Below are positions 27,563 through 37,121 of a stretch of 64,000 nucleotides of DNA, piece by piece. Below the pieces are notes generated by a model. The model worked only from the letters and a program-made list of their open reading frames with translations. It had not been told where the DNA came from and ran no database searches. Source of the stretch: Caldilineales bacterium (GTDB lineage Bacteria; Chloroflexota; Anaerolineae; JAAEKA01). The stretch spans positions 50,607 through 114,606 of the forward strand of contig JAWKOJ010000016.1 of the NCBI GenBank assembly GCA_041391245.1. The letters run 5' to 3'. The translations under genes and the position numbers were made by a program. Within the stretch, counting starts at the first letter, position 1. Every line of letters starts with the position of its first letter.

Positions 27563-28581
27563 AGTACGGCTACTACCCTGGCTGCTCGCTGGAACGCAAC
27601 GCCAGCGCCTACAACCAGTCAACCCTGGCAGTGGCCAGGAAGCTGGGCATCGGCTTCGCCGAGGTCGATGACTGGAACTGCTGCGGAGCGACGGAGTACA
27701 TCGCGATCAACCTGTTGCCCGCCTATGCCCTGATCGGACGCAATCTGGCGCTGGCGTCGCAGTTGCCGGTCGACCCGATCACCGGGAACAACGGCCACCA
27801 ACCGCAGAAACAACTTGTCGCGCCGTGCAGCGCCTGTTTCCTGAACCTCAGCAAGGCCGACCACTACATGGGGCAGTCACCCAAGCTCACGCGGCAGGTC
27901 AACGACGCGCTGGCAGCCGGCGGCCTGAGCTACGATCCCGGCAGCATCCGGGTGCGCCACCTGCTGGAGATCATGGTCGACGATGTCGGGTTCGAAACGA
28001 TCGGAGCCACTGTGAACCGGCCGCTCTACAACCTGCGGCTGGCGCCCTACTACGGCTGTCTGATCGTCCGCCCCGGCTTCCACGGCAAGTTCGACGACCC
28101 GGAGTACCCCACCAAACTGGACACGCTCTTGCAGACGCTGGGTGCAACGGTGGTGGACTATCCGGTCAAGACCCACTGCTGCGGCGGGCATATGACGCAG
28201 ATCAGCGAGGCGGTGGCGCACGACCTCATCCGCCGCCTGCTGAAGAACGCCGCAGACCACCAGGCAGACGCTATCGTGACGCTGTGCCCGATGTGCCAAC
28301 TCAATCTCGACGGCTATCAGGACAGCGTGAACAAGCGCTTCGGCACCAACTTCCAACTGCCGATCCTCTACTTCACCCAACTGATGGGGCTGGCGTTTGG
28401 CCTGCCCGCCTCCGACCTGGGATTCGGCAAGGAACTCGTTCCTGCGGATCTGGCGCTGAAGAAGATCGGCGTGGAGCCGCCGCCACCTTCCACAGGAAAG
28501 CGCCAGCGGCCGCCCAAGGAAGCTTTGCCGATGCCGTCGGCTGAGATACCGGAGCGCGCGCGAAAGGAGACAGTGCCATGA
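27559..28581 (+). CDS. hdrB: Heterodisulfide reductase subunit B-like (two CCG domains)
   Basis: DDWNCCGATEY and KTHCCGGHMTQ motifs. ATGA overlap with hdrC. Confidence 0.85.
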   Translation: MKYGYYPGCSLERNASAYNQSTLAVARKLGIGFAEVDDWNCCGATEYIAINLLPAYALIGRNLALASQLPVDPITGNNGHQPQKQLVAPCSACFLNLSKADHYMGQSPKLTRQVNDALAAGGLSYDPGSIRVRHLLEIMVDDVGFETIGATVNRPLYNLRLAPYYGCLIVRPGFHGKFDDPEYPTKLDTLLQTLGATVVDYPVKTHCCGGHMTQISEAVAHDLIRRLLKNAADHQADAIVTLCPMCQLNLDGYQDSVNKRFGTNFQLPILYFTQLMGLAFGLPASDLGFGKELVPADLALKKIGVEPPPPSTGKRQRPPKEALPMPSAEIPERARKETVP

Positions 28582-30611
28582 CCGAGGAACGCATCGGTGT
28601 CTATATCTGCCATTGCGGCTCGAACATCGCCGCCACTGTGGATGTGCACGATGTATCCACCTGGGCAGGAGAAGCTCTGGCGGACCGCGGCGTGGTGGTG
28701 GCGCGCGATTATCAGTTCATGTGTTCCAGCCTGGGCCAGGAGCTGATCGAAGCGGACATCCGCGAGCAGGGCCTGACCCGGGTGGTCGTGGGCGCCTGTT
28801 CGCCGCACCTGCACGAGACAACCTTCCGCAACGCCTGCCAGCGCGCCGGTCTGAACCCCTATCTGTGCGAGATGGTCTCGCTGCGCGAGCAGGTCTCATG
28901 GGTTCACACCGATCGCGCCGCGGCAACCGAGAAGTCGAAGTCCATGATCTCCGGCGGCGTCGAGCGGGTTGCGCTTCACGAGCCACTGGAGCCCCTGATC
29001 GTGCCCATCAACCCGGCCACCCTGGTGGTCGGCGGCGGCATCGCCGGCATCCAGGCGGCGCTGGAGATCGCCGACAGCGGCTACCCGGTGTACTTGGTCG
29101 AGCGCGAGCCATCTATCGGCGGCCACATGGCGCAGTTCGACAAGACCTTCCCCACGCTGGATTGCTCGGCCTGTATCCTGACGCCCAAGATGGTATCGGC
29201 TGGCGGTCATCCCAACATCACCTTGCTCACCTGGAGCGAGGTTGAGCAGGTGGACGGCTACGTCGGCAACTTCACCGCCACCGTGCGCAAGAAGGCGCGC
29301 TACGTCAACGCAGACGTCTGCACCGGCTGCGGCAACTGCATCGAAAAGTGTCCCGTGCGCGTCGTGGACGATGTTTTCGAGGCCGGGTTGGGCTACCGCA
29401 AGGCGATCTACCGACCCTTCCCGCAGGCGGTGCCGAAGTACCCGGTAATCGACGTCGACAACTGCACCTATTTCCAGCGCGGGAAATGCAAGGCATGCCA
29501 GCTTTTCTGCCCCACGGAGCCGAAGTCCATCGACTTCACGCAGCAAGACGAGATCATCCAGCTCAACGTCGGCAACATCATCCTGGCGACCGGCTACGAT
29601 CTGTTCGACTGCCGGCGCATTCCACAGTACGGCTACGGCCGGCTGGCCAACGTCTTCACCAGCCTGGAGTTCGAGCGGCTGTGCAACGCGGCCGGTCCAA
29701 CCGCGGGGGAGGTGGTGCTGCGCGACGGGATCACCAAGCCCGAATCGGTGGGCATCATCCACTGTGTTGGCAGCCGCGACAACAAGTACAACAGCTACTG
29801 CTCGGTGATCTGCTGCATGCAGAGCCTGAAGTTTGCCCATCTGGTCAAGGAACGCACCGGCGCTGACGTCTATAACTTCTACATCGACATGCGCACACCC
29901 TTCAAGGATTATGATGAGTTCTACCAGAAGGTGCTGGCGGAAGGGGTGCATTTCGTGCGCGGTCGCGTCGCCGAGGTTACCGATGCCGCCCGTAATCCAG
30001 GCGAGGAGGGCAAGATCATCGTGCAGGTCGAGGACACGTTCATCGGCAAGCAGCGCCGGATTCCGGTAGACATGATGATCCTCTCGGCTGCGCTGGAGCC
30101 GCGCCACGACTCCAACGACGTGGCCTACACCTTTGGTATCGCGTGCAGCGCCAACGGCTGGTTCATCGAGAAACACCCCAAGCTGGACCCGGTCGCTACC
30201 ATGACCGAAGGCGTGTTTATCGCTGGCTGCGCGCAGGGGCCAAAGGACATTCCGGCCACCGTTTCGCAAGGCGCAGCGGCAGCCGCCCGCGTGCTGGGAC
30301 GAATCAACCAGGGCCAGTTGGCGCTGGAGCCGGTGCGCGCCAGCGTCATCGAGGCCAGATGTTCAGGCTGCCGCATCTGCAACAACGTCTGCCCGTTCAA
30401 CGCGATCCTCTTCCACGAGGACCGTATGGTGACGGAGATCAACCCCGCGCTGTGTCAGGGCTGCGGCACCTGCGTCGCTGCCTGCCCGTCGGGTGCCATC
30501 ACCGGAACGCAGTTCAGCAACGAACAGGTGCTGGCTCAGTTGGACGGCCTGCTCATGTGGGACCTTAGCGATCTACCAGTGCGTCACCTGGAGCCGGTGA
30601 CGGTGGGTTGA
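28578..30611 (+). CDS. hdrA: Heterodisulfide reductase subunit A-like flavoprotein with multiple 4Fe-4S clusters
   Basis: FAD fold VVGGGIAGIQAA. Cluster motifs CTGCGNCIEKCP, CSGCRICNNVCP and CQGCGTCVAACP. Confidence 0.9.
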   Translation: MTEERIGVYICHCGSNIAATVDVHDVSTWAGEALADRGVVVARDYQFMCSSLGQELIEADIREQGLTRVVVGACSPHLHETTFRNACQRAGLNPYLCEMVSLREQVSWVHTDRAAATEKSKSMISGGVERVALHEPLEPLIVPINPATLVVGGGIAGIQAALEIADSGYPVYLVEREPSIGGHMAQFDKTFPTLDCSACILTPKMVSAGGHPNITLLTWSEVEQVDGYVGNFTATVRKKARYVNADVCTGCGNCIEKCPVRVVDDVFEAGLGYRKAIYRPFPQAVPKYPVIDVDNCTYFQRGKCKACQLFCPTEPKSIDFTQQDEIIQLNVGNIILATGYDLFDCRRIPQYGYGRLANVFTSLEFERLCNAAGPTAGEVVLRDGITKPESVGIIHCVGSRDNKYNSYCSVICCMQSLKFAHLVKERTGADVYNFYIDMRTPFKDYDEFYQKVLAEGVHFVRGRVAEVTDAARNPGEEGKIIVQVEDTFIGKQRRIPVDMMILSAALEPRHDSNDVAYTFGIACSANGWFIEKHPKLDPVATMTEGVFIAGCAQGPKDIPATVSQGAAAAARVLGRINQGQLALEPVRASVIEARCSGCRICNNVCPFNAILFHEDRMVTEINPALCQGCGTCVAACPSGAITGTQFSNEQVLAQLDGLLMWDLSDLPVRHLEPVTVG

Positions 30612-30760
30612 TGGGTTGGCAGGCTGCCGCTGACGACCCGGCAGCCTGCCGTCCACCATCGGCTGCTCCACGAGCGCATCGATGAATAGCTCCCGCCCTG
30701 GCCGGTCGTTGCCTGCACCCCGAAGTGGGCCGATCGCGCCAGCACCGAAGGAGAACGACT

Positions 30761-31351
30761 ATGGCTGAAGAATCCACCGCACAGAACGGCGCGACCGAGG
30801 AACGATTCGAGCCGCTGATCATCGGGTTCACCTGCAACTGGTGCAGCTACCGGGCGGCGGACCTGGCGGGCACGTCGCGCGTCAAGTATCCGCCCAACGT
30901 GCGCCTGATACGCCTGATGTGCTCTGGCCGGCTGGACCCCTCGTTCGTGCTGAAGGCGCTGGCCGGCGGGGCCGACGGCGTGCTGATCACCGGCTGCCAT
31001 CCGGGCGAGTGTCATTATCTGGAACAAAACTATAAGGCGCTGCGGCGAGTCACGCTCCTGCAGCACATGCTCGCCCAGTTCGGCATCGAGCGGCAGCGCG
31101 TCAAGCTGGTCTGGGCCAGCGCGGCCGAAGGGCTGCGGCTGGCCAACGAGATCACAACCATGGTCGAGGAAGTGCGCGCGTTGGGACCGCTGAACTGGAA
31201 GCAGGTCAGCCGCGAGCCAGCGGCCGTGCTGGCGGCCGGCAACGGCCACGAGACCGACATGAGCATGCCTGCCGGCGCACCGGTTCCGATTGCAGCCGCC
31301 GGCAACGGCCAGGGCGTGCGGACCGCCGCGCTCGAGGAGGTGACAGCATGA
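30761..31351 (+). CDS. mvhD: Methyl-viologen-reducing hydrogenase delta subunit-like protein
   Basis: ATG after AAGGAGA. FTCNWCSYRAADLAG...LMCSGRLDP...GCHPGECHY. Confidence 0.85.
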   Translation: MAEESTAQNGATEERFEPLIIGFTCNWCSYRAADLAGTSRVKYPPNVRLIRLMCSGRLDPSFVLKALAGGADGVLITGCHPGECHYLEQNYKALRRVTLLQHMLAQFGIERQRVKLVWASAAEGLRLANEITTMVEEVRALGPLNWKQVSREPAAVLAAGNGHETDMSMPAGAPVPIAAAGNGQGVRTAALEEVTA

Positions 31352-32364
31352 CCGCATCAGACAACGGCAAGCCGACGCTTGCGATGTACTGGGCTTCTTC
31401 CTGCGGCGGCTGCGAGATCTCGACGTTGAACATCGGTGAAAACATCCTGGTCGTGGACGAGGTCTTCGATCTGGCGTTCTTTCCCTGCATCGCCGATTTC
31501 AAAGTCAAGGACGTCGAAGGCTACCCCGACGGCCACATCGACGTCTGCCTGTTCAACGGGGCAATCCGCAACTCTGAAAACGAGCACATGGCGCGCCTGC
31601 TGCGGCAGAAGTCCAAGGTGTTGGTGGCGTTTGGCTCTTGCTCCTACGAGGGATGCATCCCGGCGCTCTCCAACCTGACGTCGCGTGATGCCACCCTGCG
31701 CACGGTGTTCCTCGATAACCCGTCCATCGACAACCCGGACCGCGTGCTGCCGCAAACGTTGGTCGCGGCGCCGGAGGGCGATCTCACGTTGCCTTCGTTC
31801 TACAACACGGTAAAGTCGCTGGATCAGGTGGTGGATGTGGACTATTACCTGCCCGGCTGCCCGCCGGAGCCGCATCAGATCTGGGCGGTCTTGCAGGTGG
31901 TCGTGGCCGCGTTGACGGCCGGTGGGCCGCTGCCTGCCAAGGGGTCGGTGGTCGGCACCGGCGAGGTGGCGGTGTGCGAGGAGTGCCCGCTGGAAAAGCA
32001 TGAGAAGTCGGTGGCCCGCTTCTACCGTCCCTACGAGGTCAACCCGGTGCCGGGGCTGTGCCTGCTGGAACAGGGGCTGATGTGCCTGGGGCCGGCTACG
32101 GTCAGCGGCTGCGGCGCGCTCTGCCCGCAGGTTGGTATGGGGTGCCGCGGCTGCTACGGCCCGCTGCCTGGCGTGCTGGATCAGGGCGCGCGCATGGTGG
32201 CCGCTATCGGCTCGGCCATCGACGTCAGCGGCAAGCCGGGCGACAACGAGGAAGCGCTCGCGCACAAGGTCGAGCAGGCTGTTGCCACCGTGGCCGACCC
32301 TGCCGGCACCTTCTACCGCTTCAGCCTGGCGCACTCGCTTCTGGTGCGGGCGCGTAATCAGTAA
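31348..32364 (+). CDS. mvhG: NiFe hydrogenase small subunit (group 3c, MvhG-like)
   Basis: WASSCGGCEIS, YLPGCPP, and C-terminal Cys clusters CGALCPQVGMGCRGC. Confidence 0.85.
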   Translation: MTASDNGKPTLAMYWASSCGGCEISTLNIGENILVVDEVFDLAFFPCIADFKVKDVEGYPDGHIDVCLFNGAIRNSENEHMARLLRQKSKVLVAFGSCSYEGCIPALSNLTSRDATLRTVFLDNPSIDNPDRVLPQTLVAAPEGDLTLPSFYNTVKSLDQVVDVDYYLPGCPPEPHQIWAVLQVVVAALTAGGPLPAKGSVVGTGEVAVCEECPLEKHEKSVARFYRPYEVNPVPGLCLLEQGLMCLGPATVSGCGALCPQVGMGCRGCYGPLPGVLDQGARMVAAIGSAIDVSGKPGDNEEALAHKVEQAVATVADPAGTFYRFSLAHSLLVRARNQ

Positions 32365-32448
32365 ACAGTAAACGGTGAACAGTAGACGGTTGGCGCCCGA
32401 AACTTCCGGTCACCGGTCACTGTCCACGGTTGACTGATCACTGTTCTT
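32359..32448. repeat. Two inverted arrays of 7-nt tandem repeats (CAGTAAA-type x5, then GGTCAC/TGATCAC-type x6)
   Basis: Units phased by hand: 32359-32393 and 32407-32448. Located between the mvhG stop and the mvhA ribosome-binding site. Confidence 0.6.
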
Positions 32449-32465
32449 CAGAACGGAGTGATCGC

Positions 32466-33953
32466 ATGAAACGAGTCACGATAGACCCCATCACCCGGCT
32501 GGAAGGCCACGGCAAGATCGAGATCTTCCTCGACGGCCAGGGAGAGGTGGCCAACGCGTATTTCCAGATACCGGAGTTGCGCGGCTTCGAGCAGTTCTGT
32601 GTTGGGCGGCCCGCCGAGGAGATGCCGCGCATCACCAACCGCATCTGCGGCGTCTGCCCGGAAGCGCACCATATGGCAGCCACGAAGGCGCTGGATGCGC
32701 TCTTCCATGTCGAGCCGAGCAGCGCGGTGAAAAAGCTGCGCGAGCTGTTCTATATGGCGTTCTACGTCACCGACCATACGACACACTTCTACGCGCTGGG
32801 AGGGCCGGACTTCGTGGTCGGACCCGACGCGCCGGCGGCCGAGCGCAACATCCTGGGTGTGATCCACAAGGTCGGCGTGGACATCGGCAAGCAGGTCATC
32901 GACTGCCGGATGCGCAATCATCATGTCATCAAGCTGCTGGGCGGCCGCGGTGTGCATCCTGTGGCCGGTCTGCCGGGCGGCTGGAGCCGGTCGATCAACG
33001 ACGAAGAGCGCGCCGAGATCGAAGCCATCGCACGCCAGAACGTCGAGTTCGGCCTGTTCAGCCTGAAGATCTTTGACGACATCGTGCTGGCCAACCAGGG
33101 CTACGTCGATCTGATCTTGTCTGACGCGTACACGGACAGGACCTACTACATGGGCACTGTGGACAAGGAGAACCGGATCAACTTCTACGACGGCATGATC
33201 CGGGTCGTCGGGCCGGACGGCAAGGAGTTCGTCAAATACCACCCGCGCGACTATGCCCAACATGTGGCCGAGCGGGTCGAGCCCTGGACTTACCTCAAGT
33301 TTCCTTACCTCAAGGGTGTTGGCTGGAACGGGTTTGTTGACGGCCCTGAGAGCTGCGTCTACTGTGCGACGCCGCTATCCCGCCTCAACGCGGCCGATAA
33401 CCTGGCGACGCCGCTGGCCCAGGAAGCGTTCGAACGCTTCTACGACACCCTGGGAAGCAAGCGCCGGAACGGGCGCTACGCGCCGGTCCACCAACGCCTG
33501 GCCACCCACTGGGCGCGTCTGATTGAGCTGCTCTACGCGGCTGAGCGGATGCTGGAGTTGGTGCAAGACCCGGAGATCACCGATCCCAACGTGCGTCCGG
33601 TCATCACGAACACGCCCGACGAGGGCATCGGCAGCGTGGAGGCGCCGCGCGGCACGTTGACTCATCACTACCGCACCGACAAGGACGGCATCCTGACGGC
33701 CGTCAACCTGATCGTCGGCACGACCAACAACTACGCGCCGATTGCGATGTCGGTCAAGAAGGCGGCCGCGTCGTTGATCCACAACGGCACGGTGATCGGC
33801 GATGGCCTGCTGAATCGGGTCGAGATGGCGTTTCGCTCCTACGACCCGTGCATGTCCTGCGCCACCCACGCGCTGCCCGGGCAGATGCCGCTGGAGGTGA
33901 CGATCCGCGACGCAGGCGGCAACGTTGCCCAACGGCTGAGCCAGTTTGTGTGA
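32466..33953 (+). CDS. mvhA: NiFe hydrogenase large subunit (group 3c, MvhA-like)
   Basis: RLEGHGKIEIFLD. L1 motif RICGVCPEAHH and L2 motif DPCMSCATH, followed by a 31-aa C-terminal extension (protease substrate). Confidence 0.9.
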   Translation: MKRVTIDPITRLEGHGKIEIFLDGQGEVANAYFQIPELRGFEQFCVGRPAEEMPRITNRICGVCPEAHHMAATKALDALFHVEPSSAVKKLRELFYMAFYVTDHTTHFYALGGPDFVVGPDAPAAERNILGVIHKVGVDIGKQVIDCRMRNHHVIKLLGGRGVHPVAGLPGGWSRSINDEERAEIEAIARQNVEFGLFSLKIFDDIVLANQGYVDLILSDAYTDRTYYMGTVDKENRINFYDGMIRVVGPDGKEFVKYHPRDYAQHVAERVEPWTYLKFPYLKGVGWNGFVDGPESCVYCATPLSRLNAADNLATPLAQEAFERFYDTLGSKRRNGRYAPVHQRLATHWARLIELLYAAERMLELVQDPEITDPNVRPVITNTPDEGIGSVEAPRGTLTHHYRTDKDGILTAVNLIVGTTNNYAPIAMSVKKAAASLIHNGTVIGDGLLNRVEMAFRSYDPCMSCATHALPGQMPLEVTIRDAGGNVAQRLSQFV

Positions 33954-33960
33954 GAGGACA

Positions 33961-34111
33961 GGTAGATTGGTAGATTGGGAAACTGGTACATTGGGAAGCG
34001 CTGGGTTGGAAGATCGGGACATGCCAACCAGCCTACCAACCTACCAACCTACCAACCCACCAATCTACCAGTTTACCAACCTACCAATTAACCAATCTAC
34101 CACTTTACCAG
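33961..34111. repeat. Inverted arrays of 8-nt tandem repeats: GGTAGATT-type x5-6, then YYTACCAA-type x11
   Basis: Second array phased exactly at 34024-34111 (11 units). It ends 3 nt before the ATG at 34115. Confidence 0.7.
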
Positions 34112-34114
34112 CCC

Positions 34115-34624
34115 ATGAAAACCCTTGTAATCGGTCTCGGCAACCCGATTCTGACCGACGATGGCGTGGGAGTTTGGGCAGCGCGCCGGGTTGAGCAACG
34201 GCTGCAAAAGTCGGCAGGTGCGGATGTGACTGTGACCGAGGCCAGCGTCGGCGGGCTGCGCCTGATGGAGATGATGGTCGGGTACGAGCGCGTCTTCCTG
34301 ATCGATGCCTCTCTGGACCGCGATCTGCCGCCGGGCAGCATCTGCCGCATGGATCTGGACGATCTTGCTGCGACCAGCCCGCCGCAGCACCTCGCCTCGG
34401 CCCATGACACGACGCTGGTCACCGCGCTCACTGCCGGGCGCCGCATGAAGATGGCATTGCCCGACGACGTAATCATCTACGCCATCGCGGCCGAGAACGT
34501 GATGGAGTTCGGCGATCGGCCGACAGACGCGGTGGCGGCAGCGATTGCGCCGGTCGCCGAAGCCGTGCTGAACGAGTTGCAACTCGCTGCCTGTGGTTTG
34601 GAGGTTGACCATGGTTTCGCCTGA
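34115..34624 (+). CDS. Hydrogenase maturation endopeptidase (HycI/HoxW family)
   Basis: Canonical N-terminus MKTLVIGLGNPILTDDGVG. Confidence 0.85.
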   Translation: MKTLVIGLGNPILTDDGVGVWAARRVEQRLQKSAGADVTVTEASVGGLRLMEMMVGYERVFLIDASLDRDLPPGSICRMDLDDLAATSPPQHLASAHDTTLVTALTAGRRMKMALPDDVIIYAIAAENVMEFGDRPTDAVAAAIAPVAEAVLNELQLAACGLEVDHGFA

Positions 34625-35111
34625 ATTGATCCGCCGCTATCCATTTTTCGCCGGCCTGAAGCACGCCAACATCGTCACCCTCGCGGACGCAGCCAGCGAG
34701 CAGGTCGTCGAGCCCAACCACGTTTTCTTTCGCGAGGGCGAGATGCTGCAGCAGTTTTTCCTGTTGCTGGAGGGCGCCCTTGCGATCGTGATCGAGTTGC
34801 CCGACAGCCACGAGGCGCAGCCGGTGTCCGATCAGCTGCTGGGCACGCTTCACACGGAAGATGTCGTGGTCAGCACCATCGGTCCGGGCGAAGTATTTGG
34901 CTGGTCAGGACTCGTGCCGCCGCCGACAACCACCGCCAAAGCCAAGGCGCTGACCCGCTGCCGCGTTCTGGTGTTTGACTGCCCGGCCCTGCTGCAAGCG
35001 TTCAACGAGGACTGCGAGTTTGGCTACCTGATGATGCAGCGCGCCGCACGGGTTATCCGCAACCGCCTGCACGACATGCACATCCAGTCGCTGGCGGCCG
35101 TGACAGGGTGA
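34611..35111 (+). CDS. Stand-alone cyclic-nucleotide-binding domain protein
   Basis: ATG after GGAGG. FFAGL...VFFREGE...GEVFGWSGL...A.TRCRVLVFD. Overlaps the protease gene end by 14 nt. Confidence 0.75.
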   Translation: MVSPELIRRYPFFAGLKHANIVTLADAASEQVVEPNHVFFREGEMLQQFFLLLEGALAIVIELPDSHEAQPVSDQLLGTLHTEDVVVSTIGPGEVFGWSGLVPPPTTTAKAKALTRCRVLVFDCPALLQAFNEDCEFGYLMMQRAARVIRNRLHDMHIQSLAAVTG

Positions 35112-35201
35112 CCTCCGCTCAATTCGTTGACAGAAGCACCTCGCGGGGGTATAATCGGCCTCACCAGGCGGCAACCAGCCGCCTTTTTGTGAGGTGAATC
35201 T

Positions 35202-36386
35202 TTGGAACCAATTACTCTGTATCTGATCGCCGCGGTGTTCTTCGTCCTCGGACTGGCAGCAGCCGGCGGCGCTATTTTTGGCCGGCGGCGCAGCCCGCGC
35301 ATCATCCTTGGCCTGGCCGGCCTGCTTCTGTGGTCCGTCGCTCTGGCGGGCTGCAATGAGGCGACGACCACGGCGACGGCCACCAGGGCGCCGTCGCCGG
35401 TCGATACCGCTACCCCGGTCGCTGCACAGACTGAAGCCGCGCCAGCTGCCTCGCCCACCACACCGCCAAGCCCGGTGGAAGCGCCCGATCAACCGGTTGT
35501 GTTGCCGCCGGTTCCACCGTTCCCCGGACGCATCGCCTTTCACTCCGACCGCGGTGGAGATCTGGACATCTACAGCATGAACGCCGACGGCAGCGACGTG
35601 CAACAGCTCACCGACTCCCCCGGCCGCGACTTCGAGCCGGCCTGGTCGCCCGATGGCAGCACGATCGTCTTCTCCACCGACCGTGACGATCCTACCAACG
35701 CCCAACTCTACCTGATGGACGCGGACGGGAGCAACCAGCGCCCGCTGATGCCGTTCACGCCGGCAGATTATCTGGGCGCGCGCTGGTCGCCCGACGGCCA
35801 GTGGATTCTGTTTCACAGCAATCTGGACGTCGACGGCGTCCCCTGGTTCAACGTCTACAAGGTGCGGCCCGACGGCAGCGATCTCACCGACCTGACCAAC
35901 TCGGTGGACAACAGCTTTCGCCCCGATTGGTCGCCCGACGGAGAGCGCATTGTCTTCATGTCCGAGCGCGACGGTAACCGCGAGCTGTACGTGATGAACG
36001 CGGACGGCAGCAACCCGGTCCGGCTGACCGACAACGTGGGCGACGACAACCAGCCGCGCTGGTCGCCCGACGGCAGCACCATTCTATTCGAGAGCAACCG
36101 CGACGGCGCCAACACGGTGCTCTATCTGATGGACGCGCCGCCCGCGGACGTGGCCGGACCACAGGAAGAGTCGATCCGTCTGCTTTCCTTCCCCGGTTTC
36201 AACAGCCAAAACGGCTCATGGGCCGACGGCGGCAAGATGATCGTCTTCAGCGCAGACCGCGATTCCACCCACAACCAGAACTGGGACGTGTACATTATGC
36301 CGGCCGATGCGTCGGAGATCCACCGGCTGACGGGAGGAGAGGCGCTGGATCGCTTCCCCGTGTGGACGGCCGGCGCAGCCCAGTGA
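35202..36386 (+). CDS. Membrane-anchored PD40/TolB-like beta-propeller repeat protein
   Basis: N-terminal TM helix and an Ala/Pro/Thr linker. Six repeats of the type D(I/L)Y.M.ADGS....LT.......P.WSPDG..I.F.S.RDG. Confidence 0.8.
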   Translation: MEPITLYLIAAVFFVLGLAAAGGAIFGRRRSPRIILGLAGLLLWSVALAGCNEATTTATATRAPSPVDTATPVAAQTEAAPAASPTTPPSPVEAPDQPVVLPPVPPFPGRIAFHSDRGGDLDIYSMNADGSDVQQLTDSPGRDFEPAWSPDGSTIVFSTDRDDPTNAQLYLMDADGSNQRPLMPFTPADYLGARWSPDGQWILFHSNLDVDGVPWFNVYKVRPDGSDLTDLTNSVDNSFRPDWSPDGERIVFMSERDGNRELYVMNADGSNPVRLTDNVGDDNQPRWSPDGSTILFESNRDGANTVLYLMDAPPADVAGPQEESIRLLSFPGFNSQNGSWADGGKMIVFSADRDSTHNQNWDVYIMPADASEIHRLTGGEALDRFPVWTAGAAQ

Positions 36387-36506
36387 ACCGTCCCACGGGG
36401 GCAGACCAGCGCATCTGTCCGTAGCCAGGTGCTTCGCAAAGGATGCGCAATCGGCAACGAGGGGATCGCGCCGTGGAGTTCGCATTCTCGGACGTGAGTT
36501 GTAGTG

Positions 36507-37121
36507 CTAAGCCTCGCCTGCTACCTCCAGATCCAGTCTGTGAAAGAACTCGACCATGACCCGATGCCGGTCGGCCGCGATGCGGCGCGCGGTCGGGGTG
36601 GTCAGCATGTCGGCCAGGCGCGCCAGCTTGTAGACGAACTCATGGCTGGGCGTGTAGGTGTCGTAGCCGGGCGGTGGCTCGTTGGCGTCGATGGAGTCCA
36701 GCGGCTGCGTCCAGATGCGCTGGCCGTGGATCGCCCCATAGGCGACGGCGCGCGCCACGCCGACCGCACCGATGGCGTCCAGTTTGTCGGCGTCGAAGAG
36801 ACAGCAGGCCTCGATGGTGGCCGGCGCGGGGCCTTTGCGGAAGCGATGCGCCTCGATCGCGTGACAGACGGCCTCGACCCGCTCGGCCGGCTGGCCGGCC
36901 AGTATCTCCCGGGCGCGCGCTGCGCCCAGTTGCTGATGATCCGGCTCCAGCCGCGCGATGTCGTGCAGCAGTGTCGCGGTGCGGACGACCTCAAGATCGG
37001 CCCCTTCGGCGACGGCGATGTGTTCCGCCAGCGCCAGCACCCGCAGGATGTGGTCGAAGCTGTGGGCCGCGTCGGCGCCGCTGTACAGCGCCCGCGCCTC
37101 GTCGATGGTGATCATGGTCAT
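36507..37121 (-). CDS. HD-domain phosphohydrolase
   Basis: HSFDHILRV and LLHDIARLE. ATGA overlap with the upstream gene at 37118-37121. Confidence 0.8.
   Translation of the reverse strand: MTMITIDEARALYSGADAAHSFDHILRVLALAEHIAVAEGADLEVVRTATLLHDIARLEPDHQQLGAARAREILAGQPAERVEAVCHAIEAHRFRKGPAPATIEACCLFDADKLDAIGAVGVARAVAYGAIHGQRIWTQPLDSIDANEPPPGYDTYTPSHEFVYKLARLADMLTTPTARRIAADRHRVMVEFFHRLDLEVAGEA

Noticed and set aside
28578-33953. Selenocysteine-containing HdrA, MvhD or MvhA variants, as occur in some anaerobes.
   Set aside because: All three ORFs are uninterrupted, and Cys is encoded at the relevant positions (for example DPCMSCATH).
33946-34194. 82-aa ORF translating to PTSLPTYQPTNPPIYQFTNLPINQSTTLP (Pro/Thr-rich repeat protein).
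   Set aside because: It is simply the translation of the octamer array. It has no ribosome-binding site and runs into the well-supported protease start at 34115 in another frame.
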